A stretch of 57,391 nucleotides of DNA, taken from NCBI GenBank assembly GCA_043809425.1, contig JAZDDV010000021.1, positions 1 through 57,391 on the forward strand, in the 5' to 3' direction. A program made the position numbers and the translations under genes. This DNA comes from Candidatus Micrarchaeota archaeon (lineage in GTDB: Archaea > Micrarchaeota > Micrarchaeia > Anstonellales > Bilamarchaeaceae). A model generated the notes under the pieces. That model made no database searches. It saw only the letters and a list, made by a program, of their open reading frames with translations, and had not been told where the DNA came from. Shown one piece after another: positions 1-8,909 of the stretch (the first letter of the stretch is position 1; every line of letters begins with the position of its first letter).

Positions 1-1
1 C

Positions 2-403
2 GTCGACGGTTCGCACATCCGCACGCTATTGCTTACGCTGTTCTACCGCTACTTTAAACCGCTTATAGAAAAGGGCCATCTTTACATTGCCCAGCCGCCG
101 CTGTACAAAATGAAAAAAGGCAAGACAATAAAGTATGTTTACAGCGATGAAGAATTGAGGCAGGCGCAAAAGGAAGGCATGGACAACGCAGAAATACAGC
201 GCTACAAAGGCCTTGGTGAAATGAATCCTGACCAGCTCTGGGAAACCACCATGGACCCGGAAAAGAGAACGCTGAAGAAAGTCAACATCAAGGACGTGAT
301 GCTGGCTGACGAGATATTCACAGTGCTGATGGGAGATGAAGTGGCACCGCGCCGCGAGTTCATTGAAAAGCATGCGGCAGAAGTCCGCAATCTTGACGTA
401 TAG
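2..403 (+). CDS. gyrB: DNA gyrase subunit B, C-terminal fragment (5' end outside window)
   Basis: The frame is open from the window edge. The translation [17 protein letters not shown]...[22 protein letters not shown]...REFIEKHA matches the conserved Toprim/C-terminal region of type IIA topoisomerase B subunits. gyrA follows 8 nt downstream. Confidence 0.9.
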   Translation, partial: VDGSHIRTLLLTLFYRYFKPLIEKGHLYIAQPPLYKMKKGKTIKYVYSDEELRQAQKEGMDNAEIQRYKGLGEMNPDQLWETTMDPEKRTLKKVNIKDVMLADEIFTVLMGDEVAPRREFIEKHAAEVRNLDV

Positions 404-411
404 GTGAAAAC

Positions 412-2832
412 ATGGCAGAAATGATAATCCCCAGGACAATTGAAGACGACATGAGAGAGTCGTACGTGGATTATGCCATGAGCGTTATCATCGGCCGCGC
501 CATTCCAGACGTGCGTGACGGCCTGAAGCCAGTGCACCGCCGCATTCTCTACACAATGTATCAGCTCAGCAATACGCATGACAAGCCGCACAAGAAAAGC
601 GCAAGAGTTGTGGGAGATTGTTTAGGTAAGTTCCATCCGCACGGAGACATTGCGATTTACGATACATTGGTGCGCATGGGCCAGTATTTCAGTTTGCGCT
701 ACATGCTGGTAGACGGCCACGGCAACATGGGCAGCATAGACGGCGATTCGGCTGCTGCTATGCGATACACGGAAGTGCGCATGGGCAAGCTGGCAGAAGA
801 AATGCTTACGGACATTGAAAAAGAAACAGTGCGCATGACAGACAACTTCGACGGCACTTTGAAAGAACCAACTGTATTGCCATCCAAGATTCCGAACCTG
901 CTTATCAACGGCACATCAGGCATCGCAGTGGGCATGGCAACCAACATGCCGCCGCACAACCTTAATGAAATAATTGATGCCTGCATCGGCTACATTGAAG
1001 GCAAGAATGAAGATGAGCTAATCGCCATGGTTAAAGGGCCGGATTTTCCAACAGGCGGCATAATCGTAGGCAGAGGCGGTATTTACAGCGCATTCAAAAG
1101 CGGCCGTGGTTCGCTGAAGATAAGGGCAAAGGCAGAAGTCAACCCGCAGAAAAGAACCATTACCATTAGTGAAATTCCCTACCAGGTAACGAAGACTGCA
1201 CTCATTGAAAGTGTAGTCGAAGCAGCGAAAAACAAGAAGATAGAGGGCATTTCAGGCATTCACGACTACTCGGACAAGCAGGGCCTTGAAGTGGTTATAG
1301 AAACCAAGCGCGACGCCAACGTAGACGTAGTGCTTAACCAGCTTTACGCGCACACGCTGCTGCAAACAAGCATGGGCATAATCAATCTGGCCATCGTAGG
1401 CAACCAGCCGAAAGTACTTGGTTTATACTCACTTATAGGTGAATTCGTTGAGTTCAGAAAAGAAATAGTGCGCAAACGCAGCCAATTTGAGCTTAACGAG
1501 GCCGAGGCAAGGGCGCACATATTGGAAGGGTTGAAAATTGCCTTAGATAACATCGACGCGGTAGTTGCATTCCTGAAGAAAACAAAGGATATGCAGACTG
1601 CCAGGGAAGGCCTGATGAAGAATTACAAGCTTAGCGAAAAGCAGGCAAATGCCATCCTGGACATGAAGATTTCCAAGATAGTTTCGCTGGAGCATGAAAA
1701 GATTGAAAACGAATACAAAGAGCTGCAGCAGAAGATTGCCTGGCTGAAAGAAGTGCTGGCAGACATAAACAAGATACTTGACATCATCAAGAAAGAGCTG
1801 CTGGAAATAAAGCAGAAATACGGCGACGAAAGAAAAACGGAAATCATCGACGCAGAAGATGACGTGCTGACAGAATCGCTTATTCCGAATAAGGATGTGG
1901 TTGTCAGCATAACGAATAAGGGCTACATAAAGCGCGTTGACACCAGCGAGTATAGGGTGCAAAATCGCGGCGGAAAAGGCATGATAGCTGCGGAAACGCA
2001 CGAAGACGACTTTGTGCGGGACATCATAACTACAAAGAATCACAACTACCTGCTTGTATTCACTGACAAGGGCCGCATCCACTGGCTGAAGGCCTACCAG
2101 ATACCTGAAGCAGGCCGCTATGCAGTAGGCCGTTCCATCGTCAACCTGCTTGACCTTAAGGATGAGAAGGTCACTTCCTGGATAAGCGTTTCCGAATTCA
2201 CAGATAAGGAATTCCTGTTCATGGTTACCAGAAACGGCATAGTAAAACGGACTTCCTTAACTGACTTCAGCAACCCAAGAAAAGGCGGCATAATCGCGAT
2301 AACGCTTAAGGAAGGAGACGGCCTCATAGACGTAATCAAGACCAGCGGCTCGGACCAGATATTCATCGCAACGAAAAAAGGGCAGGCAATACGCTTTGAT
2401 GAAAATGATGCGCGCGAGATAGGCAGAACAGGCCAAGGTGTTATCGGCATCCGCATGGACAAGGATGACTTAGTTGTTGGCGCAACCATCTGCCGGAAGC
2501 CGGCTGTACTTACCATCTGCGAAAACGGCTTTGGCAAGCGCACGGCAGTAGACGAGTACCGGCTGCAGGGAAGAGGCGGCTCTGGCGTAATAAACATCAA
2601 GACTGAAGGCCGCAACGGTGCAGTCGTGGGCATAGCTGCAGTGGCAGACGGCGATGAAGTAATTGCCATCGGCTCGCGCGGCAAGTCCATACGCGTACCT
2701 GTTACTGATATGTCGGTTATTGGCAGAAATACGCAGGGCGTACGCATCATAAGGCTTGCTGAAGGAGAAAAAGTATCCAGCTTTGCAGTTATCTCTGCAG
2801 AAGTTAAAAAAGCTGAAGAAACGCAGGCTTAG
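412..2832 (+). CDS. gyrA: DNA gyrase subunit A
   Basis: 806 aa. It has the AAMRYTE active-site tyrosine motif, a C-terminal beta-pinwheel repeat region, and a GyrA-box-like QNRGGKG that favours gyrase over topo IV. It lies immediately after gyrB. Confidence 0.95.
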   Translation: MAEMIIPRTIEDDMRESYVDYAMSVIIGRAIPDVRDGLKPVHRRILYTMYQLSNTHDKPHKKSARVVGDCLGKFHPHGDIAIYDTLVRMGQYFSLRYMLVDGHGNMGSIDGDSAAAMRYTEVRMGKLAEEMLTDIEKETVRMTDNFDGTLKEPTVLPSKIPNLLINGTSGIAVGMATNMPPHNLNEIIDACIGYIEGKNEDELIAMVKGPDFPTGGIIVGRGGIYSAFKSGRGSLKIRAKAEVNPQKRTITISEIPYQVTKTALIESVVEAAKNKKIEGISGIHDYSDKQGLEVVIETKRDANVDVVLNQLYAHTLLQTSMGIINLAIVGNQPKVLGLYSLIGEFVEFRKEIVRKRSQFELNEAEARAHILEGLKIALDNIDAVVAFLKKTKDMQTAREGLMKNYKLSEKQANAILDMKISKIVSLEHEKIENEYKELQQKIAWLKEVLADINKILDIIKKELLEIKQKYGDERKTEIIDAEDDVLTESLIPNKDVVVSITNKGYIKRVDTSEYRVQNRGGKGMIAAETHEDDFVRDIITTKNHNYLLVFTDKGRIHWLKAYQIPEAGRYAVGRSIVNLLDLKDEKVTSWISVSEFTDKEFLFMVTRNGIVKRTSLTDFSNPRKGGIIAITLKEGDGLIDVIKTSGSDQIFIATKKGQAIRFDENDAREIGRTGQGVIGIRMDKDDLVVGATICRKPAVLTICENGFGKRTAVDEYRLQGRGGSGVINIKTEGRNGAVVGIAAVADGDEVIAIGSRGKSIRVPVTDMSVIGRNTQGVRIIRLAEGEKVSSFAVISAEVKKAEETQA

Positions 2833-3185
2833 AAGCTGGTGACTGCCCAGGAATCCAGCATGTTGTTTTTATTTTTATTGCGGAAAACCACGACGACTTC
2901 ACGCAATTGAACAAATGGAATTCCAAGGGTCACGATCTTGCCGCACCATCTTACTTTTTCTTTTCCGTAGCCGGTGGTGTCGCCGTATCTTTGCGCGCAA
3001 ATGTTCTGGCACGTACTCTGCAGGCCAGAATGAAGCTGGTCAAAACGTGTTATGTATTTATTCATGATGGGCTCGGACATCCCAAGCTTTTGGGAAGGAA
3101 ATTCAGGCCTTTGGGTATAAGCCTTATTAACGCCTCTGGGTTCGCGGCGCGCAACAGGAGGAACGAAGTTTTCAATCCTTGTCAT
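2829..3185 (-). CDS. hypothetical protein (118 aa)
   Basis: The ORF starts at an ATG exactly 31 nt downstream of a TTTAAAAACACTT TATA box on the minus strand. This is the same box and geometry as at 7458 and 57242. I recognise no domain. Its stop overlaps the gyrA stop (convergent). Confidence 0.4.
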   Translation of the reverse strand: MTRIENFVPPVARREPRGVNKAYTQRPEFPSQKLGMSEPIMNKYITRFDQLHSGLQSTCQNICAQRYGDTTGYGKEKVRWCGKIVTLGIPFVQLREVVVVFRNKNKNNMLDSWAVTSF

Positions 3186-3203
3186 GTGATAATATGTGTA
3201 GCA

Positions 3204-3216
3204 AAGTGTTTTTAAA
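3204..3216 (-). promoter_or_regulatory. TATA box TTTAAAAACACTT (minus strand)
   Basis: The 13-nt core is identical to those at 7458-7470 and 57242-57254. It lies 31 nt upstream of the ATG at 3185. Confidence 0.5.
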
Positions 3217-3250
3217 GGTATTGTCTATGCAGGTAAATTGCAGAAGAGAT

Positions 3251-4123
3251 TTAGCAGCTCGGAAGCTTTCCTGCTGTTTTTTTCACGAATGCATTCTTAG
3301 GCGAAAGACCATGAGCCCGCAGGATTCTGCCCTCAGACTTCACCTTCATCACCTGCAGCAACTTGATGGTATGGTCTAATGCGTTATTGACAGTTCCAAC
3401 TGGCTCGAACCTGCGCCTTTTCTGAAGCGCCTGTTCCACCAGGTTAATGCCAATATGGGTGAGAGACCGATCATCTTTTTCCAGGTCTTCGGCTACCTCG
3501 CCAATAGCCAATGAGACTATTTCTCTGACGTCAAAACGAACATGGTTTATTACTGCTTCGATATTCTCCCAGGCGTTTTTGTGGAAATAGAATCTGGTTA
3601 TGGCTTCTGCGGCACTGCCTCGGATTACCGGCTCCTCATCGTCCAGCATCTTCAGCAGGCAGGGCTCAAATGATTTACGGATGCGGTCTTCACGCGAATA
3701 AATACGAAATGTGTCTGCTACTGCTTTTCGCACAACCACGTCCTTGTGGTTGGCAAGCTCTTCTGCTGAATTGCAATAATTGGTAACGATGTACTGTTCC
3801 GTCAAAGTTTTAGCCGCACTCTCCCTGACTTCTTCCCGCGCATTACCAAGAAGCAAAAACAATTCATTCTTGGCAGGAGAAATGTCAGTCGCAAAAACGC
3901 GGATTGCAACTCCCAGGGCGTCTGCCGAACCAGTCTTAATCACCCAATCTTTGGAGCTGAGGAACGTTTTTACCGGTTCCCAGTCATCGCAGCGGACGTA
4001 GTGAATAGTTAGAGCAGCGGCTGCATTTTTTCTGACGTTTGAATGCCCGTCTTCTAATGCCCTGTAGGCAGGTAACAATGCCCAGCTTATATCCTTTCCT
4101 GATTCAGCTTTCTTGCACAGCAC
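3251..4123 (-). CDS. HEAT-repeat (PBS-lyase-like) protein; true N-terminus probably upstream of 4123
   Basis: Repeated ...D..VR..AA.AL... HEAT-like units (NVRKNAAAALT, VRESAAKTL, VVRKAVADT, VIRGSAAEAI). The frame stays open to 4237 and still encodes HEAT-like sequence (EDPSIRSSAAEV) but has no canonical start there. Confidence 0.6.
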   Translation of the reverse strand: MLCKKAESGKDISWALLPAYRALEDGHSNVRKNAAAALTIHYVRCDDWEPVKTFLSSKDWVIKTGSADALGVAIRVFATDISPAKNELFLLLGNAREEVRESAAKTLTEQYIVTNYCNSAEELANHKDVVVRKAVADTFRIYSREDRIRKSFEPCLLKMLDDEEPVIRGSAAEAITRFYFHKNAWENIEAVINHVRFDVREIVSLAIGEVAEDLEKDDRSLTHIGINLVEQALQKRRRFEPVGTVNNALDHTIKLLQVMKVKSEGRILRAHGLSPKNAFVKKTAGKLPSC

Positions 4124-4275
4124 TTCTGCAGCAGAAGACCGTATGCTGGGATCTTCGGCCTTAAGATAGGTAAGCAGCTCTTCCCGGCCAGCGGTCCAAA
4201 TGGTATTTAGAATCTCTCGAGTAATATGATCACCATGTTATTCTTTATATAAAAAAGTGCTTTTAAATCTATCGC

Positions 4276-5073
4276 CTAAAAGAATTCTCCCAGGCCAATC
4301 TTAATCAGCTGCCCGTCTTTCGGCGCAATCGTTCGAATGCCTGTAGCATCCTGAATAAGCCTGGCCTGTGCCTCAGGCCCTGCCCGTATCATGCTAAGCC
4401 CCATGTGATTAAGCAGTGCGACTTTCGGCTTTGCAACCTTCAGCAATTCAATTGCCTGGGCCGTCTCCAAATGGTCTGGTATGCCGTCGTCTTTTGGCTT
4501 TAGAACGTTGATAAGCAGGTAGTCGCAACCGCTGAAAAGAGTTCCAAGTTCAGGGAAATAGCTGGTATCGCTGGTGCAGCCAATGGTCTTGCCCTCTGCC
4601 ATCAGCTTGAAGCCGAAGCTAGTGGGCTCATCATGCCTTACCTTGATGAATTCCATGTCAAAGCTGCCTTTTTTCGTCGTGAATGAATGCTTTTCCGTAT
4701 TTCCGTCTGCAAAAGCAGGATAAAAAATCTCATTGACATGCTCTTTGTGGTATGTTGTAATGGACCGTTCATCTGCATCCTCCAGCACGTTGCGGCTGCC
4801 GATGAAAATCCCTTTTTTCTTCAGCGCGTAGTTGCTCATCGCTTCTATCATCACGTTCGCATCGCTGCAATGGTCTATATGCGCATGCGTAACAATAAGC
4901 ACGTCTATCTTTTCCGGATTCTGCCTTATTTGCCAGGACCGTAATAGCGCGCCAGGCCCCGGATCCACATGGAAATTGCCAATGGCGGAATTGATTCTAA
5001 AGCCCCCGGTCCAGCGAAGTTGCCTGATTAGATTGATGCGGCCTCCGCCTGTGCCAAGGAACACGATTTCCAT
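4276..5073 (-). CDS. MBL-fold metallo-hydrolase
   Basis: 265 aa with the HxHxDH motif (THAHIDHCSD) and an N-terminal FLGTGGG beta-lactamase-fold start. Confidence 0.8.
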   Translation of the reverse strand: MEIVFLGTGGGRINLIRQLRWTGGFRINSAIGNFHVDPGPGALLRSWQIRQNPEKIDVLIVTHAHIDHCSDANVMIEAMSNYALKKKGIFIGSRNVLEDADERSITTYHKEHVNEIFYPAFADGNTEKHSFTTKKGSFDMEFIKVRHDEPTSFGFKLMAEGKTIGCTSDTSYFPELGTLFSGCDYLLINVLKPKDDGIPDHLETAQAIELLKVAKPKVALLNHMGLSMIRAGPEAQARLIQDATGIRTIAPKDGQLIKIGLGEFF

Positions 5074-5100
5074 GCGATGCTATGGCAAGGGCTGTTTAAA

Positions 5101-6264
5101 TTAGTTGGTTTCGCCAAGAGCATTGCCTATGCTACTGCCGATGGAAGAAGCATCCTGTAAATAAACCTGGTAGCTTTTCCATCTGCCATCCTTGAACTGG
5201 TAAAGGTCATCGTCAGTGATAACGAAACTGATGTATTGCGGCGCCCGGTCGCACCCCGGCTGCCCGTCTTTGCACACTGCCAGCTGCTTGCCGATTTCGC
5301 CCATATAAGCGCCGTTCTGCGGCTCAAACAAACCGGCACCATCTAGCTGCTGCAAATCCGTAATAGAGGAGATGTTGTTCTGCGCTAATGCCACGATGCA
5401 ATGGCCAGAGTTCTGGTCAACGGCAAAACAGACGATGTACGGGTTAAGATCGCCTAACCTACCTATGTTGGTCGCTTCGCCATTAACAAACCACTGAATA
5501 GTCTTGCTGCCGTTCTGTTCTTCGAAAATTATATATTGCCCGGCACCAGGCGTCCAGGCCTGTACCTGGGCAGTAGGCTGCAGTGTTTTCATGGTGTTAA
5601 GCACTGCTTTCAGGAAAAGCGAATAGTCTTCGCAGTCGCCCCCATGCCTTTTCAACATCTCATCAATGGAATAAAGCCTGTCCGGGTCTTCGTAGATATA
5701 GCCGTAATGCAGCTTATCCTGCATCAGGTAGTTTATGCAACCAAGCTTGATCGTGCCGTCAACAACGCAGTAGCTCTCTACGCGGTAGGTGAAAAAATCA
5801 ATTGACGAAGGCAGCAGCGAATTGCTTTTGAACCACTGAATTGACTCGTTGATGGAGCGTTCCATGGAAGAAAGCTCTGTCTTAAGCTCGTTGAACTGGA
5901 CCCGGGTCTGATTAAGCAGGTTTCCCGTAAGCTGCAGCAATCTGTTGCTTTCGTTTAACTGCTGGCTGCGTTCAAACAACTGCTGTTTTGTCGTGTTAAG
6001 TTCTCCGCTTGTGTTTGCCAGCTCATTCTGCGTCTGCTGCAACTGCGTGGTGGTTGAAACAAGCGAGCGATTAAGCGAATGTATATCGTCATTGGCAGTA
6101 GTCAGCATCCTTATGGTAGTATTCAATTGCTTGCCCTGCTCCAGCAGCGAAATCTTCAGGCCTTCATTCTCAAGATAAAGAAATAGCACGCCTGCTGCGG
6201 TGATTAGCCAGCTAAAGCCCAATACTAAAATCACGACGTACAGCAGCTTTTTATCCATCGGCAC
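5101..6264 (-). CDS. membrane-anchored coiled-coil protein with possible transglutaminase-like cysteine-protease-fold C-terminal domain
   Basis: N-terminal TM segment (LLYVVILVLGFSWLITAAGVLFLYL), then about 130 aa of heptad-like sequence with repeated LNxT/S sequons. The C-terminal domain has GGDCEDYSLFLKAVL (candidate Cys) and SGHCIVAL (candidate His). Confidence 0.5.
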   Translation of the reverse strand: MPMDKKLLYVVILVLGFSWLITAAGVLFLYLENEGLKISLLEQGKQLNTTIRMLTTANDDIHSLNRSLVSTTTQLQQTQNELANTSGELNTTKQQLFERSQQLNESNRLLQLTGNLLNQTRVQFNELKTELSSMERSINESIQWFKSNSLLPSSIDFFTYRVESYCVVDGTIKLGCINYLMQDKLHYGYIYEDPDRLYSIDEMLKRHGGDCEDYSLFLKAVLNTMKTLQPTAQVQAWTPGAGQYIIFEEQNGSKTIQWFVNGEATNIGRLGDLNPYIVCFAVDQNSGHCIVALAQNNISSITDLQQLDGAGLFEPQNGAYMGEIGKQLAVCKDGQPGCDRAPQYISFVITDDDLYQFKDGRWKSYQVYLQDASSIGSSIGNALGETN

Positions 6265-6268
6265 ACCG

Positions 6269-7321
6269 CTACGGCTCCAGCACTACTTTCATGGCCTTGC
6301 CGCTATCCAATGCCTCAAAACCCTTTTCTATCTCGCTTAGCTTGAATTTATGAGTAACTAGCTTGGATAGATCTATCTTTCCGCTTCGTAAAAATGCTGC
6401 TGCCTTGTACCAGGTATCATACATCTTTCTGTCATTTATGCCATGCACTCTGGCACCTTTGAATACGATTGCATTGGTGATATCGACTTCAACCGGCTTT
6501 GGGAATACGCCTAAAATGCTTGCTCTGCCCATTGGCCTTAACACTGCCAAACCGTCGTTAAGCGCCGGGCCGGCTCCTGACATCTCAAGAAAAACATCAA
6601 CGCCATGTCCATCTGTTGCTGCCAGCACTTCCTTGCGCACATTTGCATTCATCGCATTAAGCGTGATGTCTGCTCCAAATTTCTTTGCAAAATCAAGCCT
6701 GAAATCGTTTGTATCGGAAATAATAACTTTTTCAGCGCCTGCTGCCTTGCACAAGCCTGCTGCACAAACGCCGATCGGACCTGCGCCGGTGATGAATACG
6801 GTCTTGCCTGCAACTTCTCCGTCAAAAACAGTGTGAACCGCATTGCCCAATGGCTCCTGTGCAGTTGCAACCCAATGCGGCACGTTCTTAGGATTTTTCC
6901 ATGCGTTTTTCCATGGCAAAGCCAGGTATTCTGCAAATGTGCCATTAATATCAACGCCTAGAATTTTGACATTCTCGCAAACGTGTGCATTGCCGGTTTT
7001 GCATTGATAGCAATGGTCACAGGCAATATGCGTCTCTGCCGAGACATGGTCGCCTATGGCCAGGCCCTTGTTCTTTACTTCGCTGCCAAGCTCTACTATT
7101 TCGCCTGCAACCTCATGGCCGAAAATATATGGCAGGGTCTTGGCAACCCGTTCCTGCGCCCAGGGATCCCATTCGTAGATATGCCTGTCTGTGCCACAGA
7201 TTGATGTAGCTTTAACTTTGACAAGCACCTCGTCATGCTTTATCTTAGGAATGTCACTGTCCTTTATCTCCAGGCCTTTTCCAGGCTTGGTTTTCCAGAC
7301 TGATAGCATCTTGTCTCCCAT
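6269..7321 (-). CDS. tdh: L-threonine 3-dehydrogenase (Zn-dependent MDR family)
   Basis: SICGTDRHIYEWDPWAQ...GHEVAGEIVELG, a structural Zn Cys cluster (CDHCYQCKTGNAHVC) and a GAGPIG NAD fold. kbl lies nearby. The start could instead be the ATG at 7309 (MLSVWK). Confidence 0.85.
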   Translation of the reverse strand: MGDKMLSVWKTKPGKGLEIKDSDIPKIKHDEVLVKVKATSICGTDRHIYEWDPWAQERVAKTLPYIFGHEVAGEIVELGSEVKNKGLAIGDHVSAETHIACDHCYQCKTGNAHVCENVKILGVDINGTFAEYLALPWKNAWKNPKNVPHWVATAQEPLGNAVHTVFDGEVAGKTVFITGAGPIGVCAAGLCKAAGAEKVIISDTNDFRLDFAKKFGADITLNAMNANVRKEVLAATDGHGVDVFLEMSGAGPALNDGLAVLRPMGRASILGVFPKPVEVDITNAIVFKGARVHGINDRKMYDTWYKAAAFLRSGKIDLSKLVTHKFKLSEIEKGFEALDSGKAMKVVLEP

Positions 7322-7452
7322 GCGGACTACTCTGCATGATAATATATAAAAATAGCATGCGGTTGCCGCAGAATTTCGCTATTAGACGAACTATTGCCCA
7401 ATCCCCGTACTTGCGCCGACCTACCAACAAGCCAAGTTAAGGTTGCTTTCAG

Positions 7453-7482
7453 ATACATTTAAAAACACTTTTATACACTATA
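7453..7482 (+). promoter_or_regulatory. TATA box plus conserved downstream block (ATACATTTAAAAACACTT..ATACACTATA)
   Basis: 7453-7470 is identical to 57237-57254 (18 nt) and 7473-7482 is identical to 57257-57266 (10 nt). The TATA is 31 nt upstream of the GTG at 7489. Confidence 0.55.
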
Positions 7483-7488
7483 TTAATC

Positions 7489-8820
7489 GTGAAACAACTA
7501 GTCAGTTCCAACGGAAATGAAGCCAAGATGGCTGTCCGATCAGAGACGCCGAGTAAAGTAAAACGATTTATTAGGCGAGCGGCTGATTTAGTAGTCAAAA
7601 CGGGTAGATCCATAGTTGGTAAAAAAGTAGAAGCGCCGGTAAGACCCTCTTTGGAAATGCCACCTCAGATGGAGCCGCTAATTTCAGACCAAATAAATAA
7701 AGAAAGAAACGAAGAACTCAGAATTCAACTTTCCCGCTGGCATCCGGTAATGAAGAACCATGTGAAAAAGATAGTATACTTCGAGCAAGAGGATGCACGC
7801 GGCGTTACAGGCGCAGATGGGGAGGCAGCGGGTCTTCTTGATAGGTATGACACTATATGGTTGTCATTAAAAAATTCTTTTGAAAAAACGCTGCACCATG
7901 AAATGGGCCATCTTGTTTTTAATTATTTGAAGAATGATTCTACCTCAAAAAATAAAGAGCTTGTCCTAGAACTCTGTGAACATCTAATCAAAACAAAAAA
8001 CGTAACTTATGGTCGTATTCAAATATATTATAATTTTGCGCGAACATTTGAGCCTGTTTTTAATTTGGCTGAGATGCTAATTTTAGTTAATACTAAACAA
8101 AAAGAACAACTATACAATCTGTCAACGGTGTTCGGGTATGAAACTCCACTGCGCCACTTCCTCACAGATGCCCGATTAGACTTTGGCAGGATCAATGACG
8201 AGATGAAAGATAGGTATGCAAAATTGAGGCAAATAAGTTTTGAACTGTACGCCATTGGCAGTATAAATTGCTCTGAAAAAGATTGTTTGGATTATTCTGG
8301 TATAATCGAAAGGACAGTACCGCTTTTGAGGAAACGAGATGAAATATTAGAGGATATCACAAGAACAGCAATTATCTACTCGCAGCTATATGGTAAAACA
8401 ATCGAAGCCATTAAAGCGGATAGACGTTGGAGAGAAGATCCAACCATAAGTTTCAATTTTAATGTGCTAACAGAAGAGCTAGACAACCTGACCATTGATT
8501 TAGCAATAGTTTATAAGTCGGTAGACAACCTTAAAAAACTCTTAAGAACCGAAATGTTCGCAGCACTAATTAGTTCATTTATGACGGGATATCACGGAAA
8601 AGATGCTGAACAGGAACTAAATGTTGATGAATTGACATTGGGTTATCTAGAGCGGTTTGAAATAGACGGGCAAAAGATATTCGCAGAGAATGTAAGAAAC
8701 TACCGCGCAGGAACAAATCAACCGACAGTTATTCAATCAGATTGGGACATCTCTAATATTGAATGCTGCGAGCGCTTACCGGTCAATCCTGAATTCAAAA
8801 ATGAGCAACCAAACGAATAA
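7489..8820 (+). CDS. hypothetical protein with HEXXH zinc-metalloprotease-like motif
   Basis: 443 aa, with a GTG start 31 nt after the TTTAAAAACACTT box. It contains LHHEMGHLVF. The gene is visibly more AT-rich than the flanking tdh and kbl. Confidence 0.5.
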   Translation: MKQLVSSNGNEAKMAVRSETPSKVKRFIRRAADLVVKTGRSIVGKKVEAPVRPSLEMPPQMEPLISDQINKERNEELRIQLSRWHPVMKNHVKKIVYFEQEDARGVTGADGEAAGLLDRYDTIWLSLKNSFEKTLHHEMGHLVFNYLKNDSTSKNKELVLELCEHLIKTKNVTYGRIQIYYNFARTFEPVFNLAEMLILVNTKQKEQLYNLSTVFGYETPLRHFLTDARLDFGRINDEMKDRYAKLRQISFELYAIGSINCSEKDCLDYSGIIERTVPLLRKRDEILEDITRTAIIYSQLYGKTIEAIKADRRWREDPTISFNFNVLTEELDNLTIDLAIVYKSVDNLKKLLRTEMFAALISSFMTGYHGKDAEQELNVDELTLGYLERFEIDGQKIFAENVRNYRAGTNQPTVIQSDWDISNIECCERLPVNPEFKNEQPNE

Positions 8821-8909
8821 AAGACGCTGATGTGCAAATTCGTCAATAAATAGATGCAAATCCTAAATCTTTATTAAGGCTGATTGGATAGCTAGTGCGA
8901 GGTGTTTCT

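Noticed and set aside
1543-2750. Minus-strand ORFs of 179 aa and 210 aa inside gyrA
   Set aside because: They are antisense shadows of the well-supported gyrA frame.
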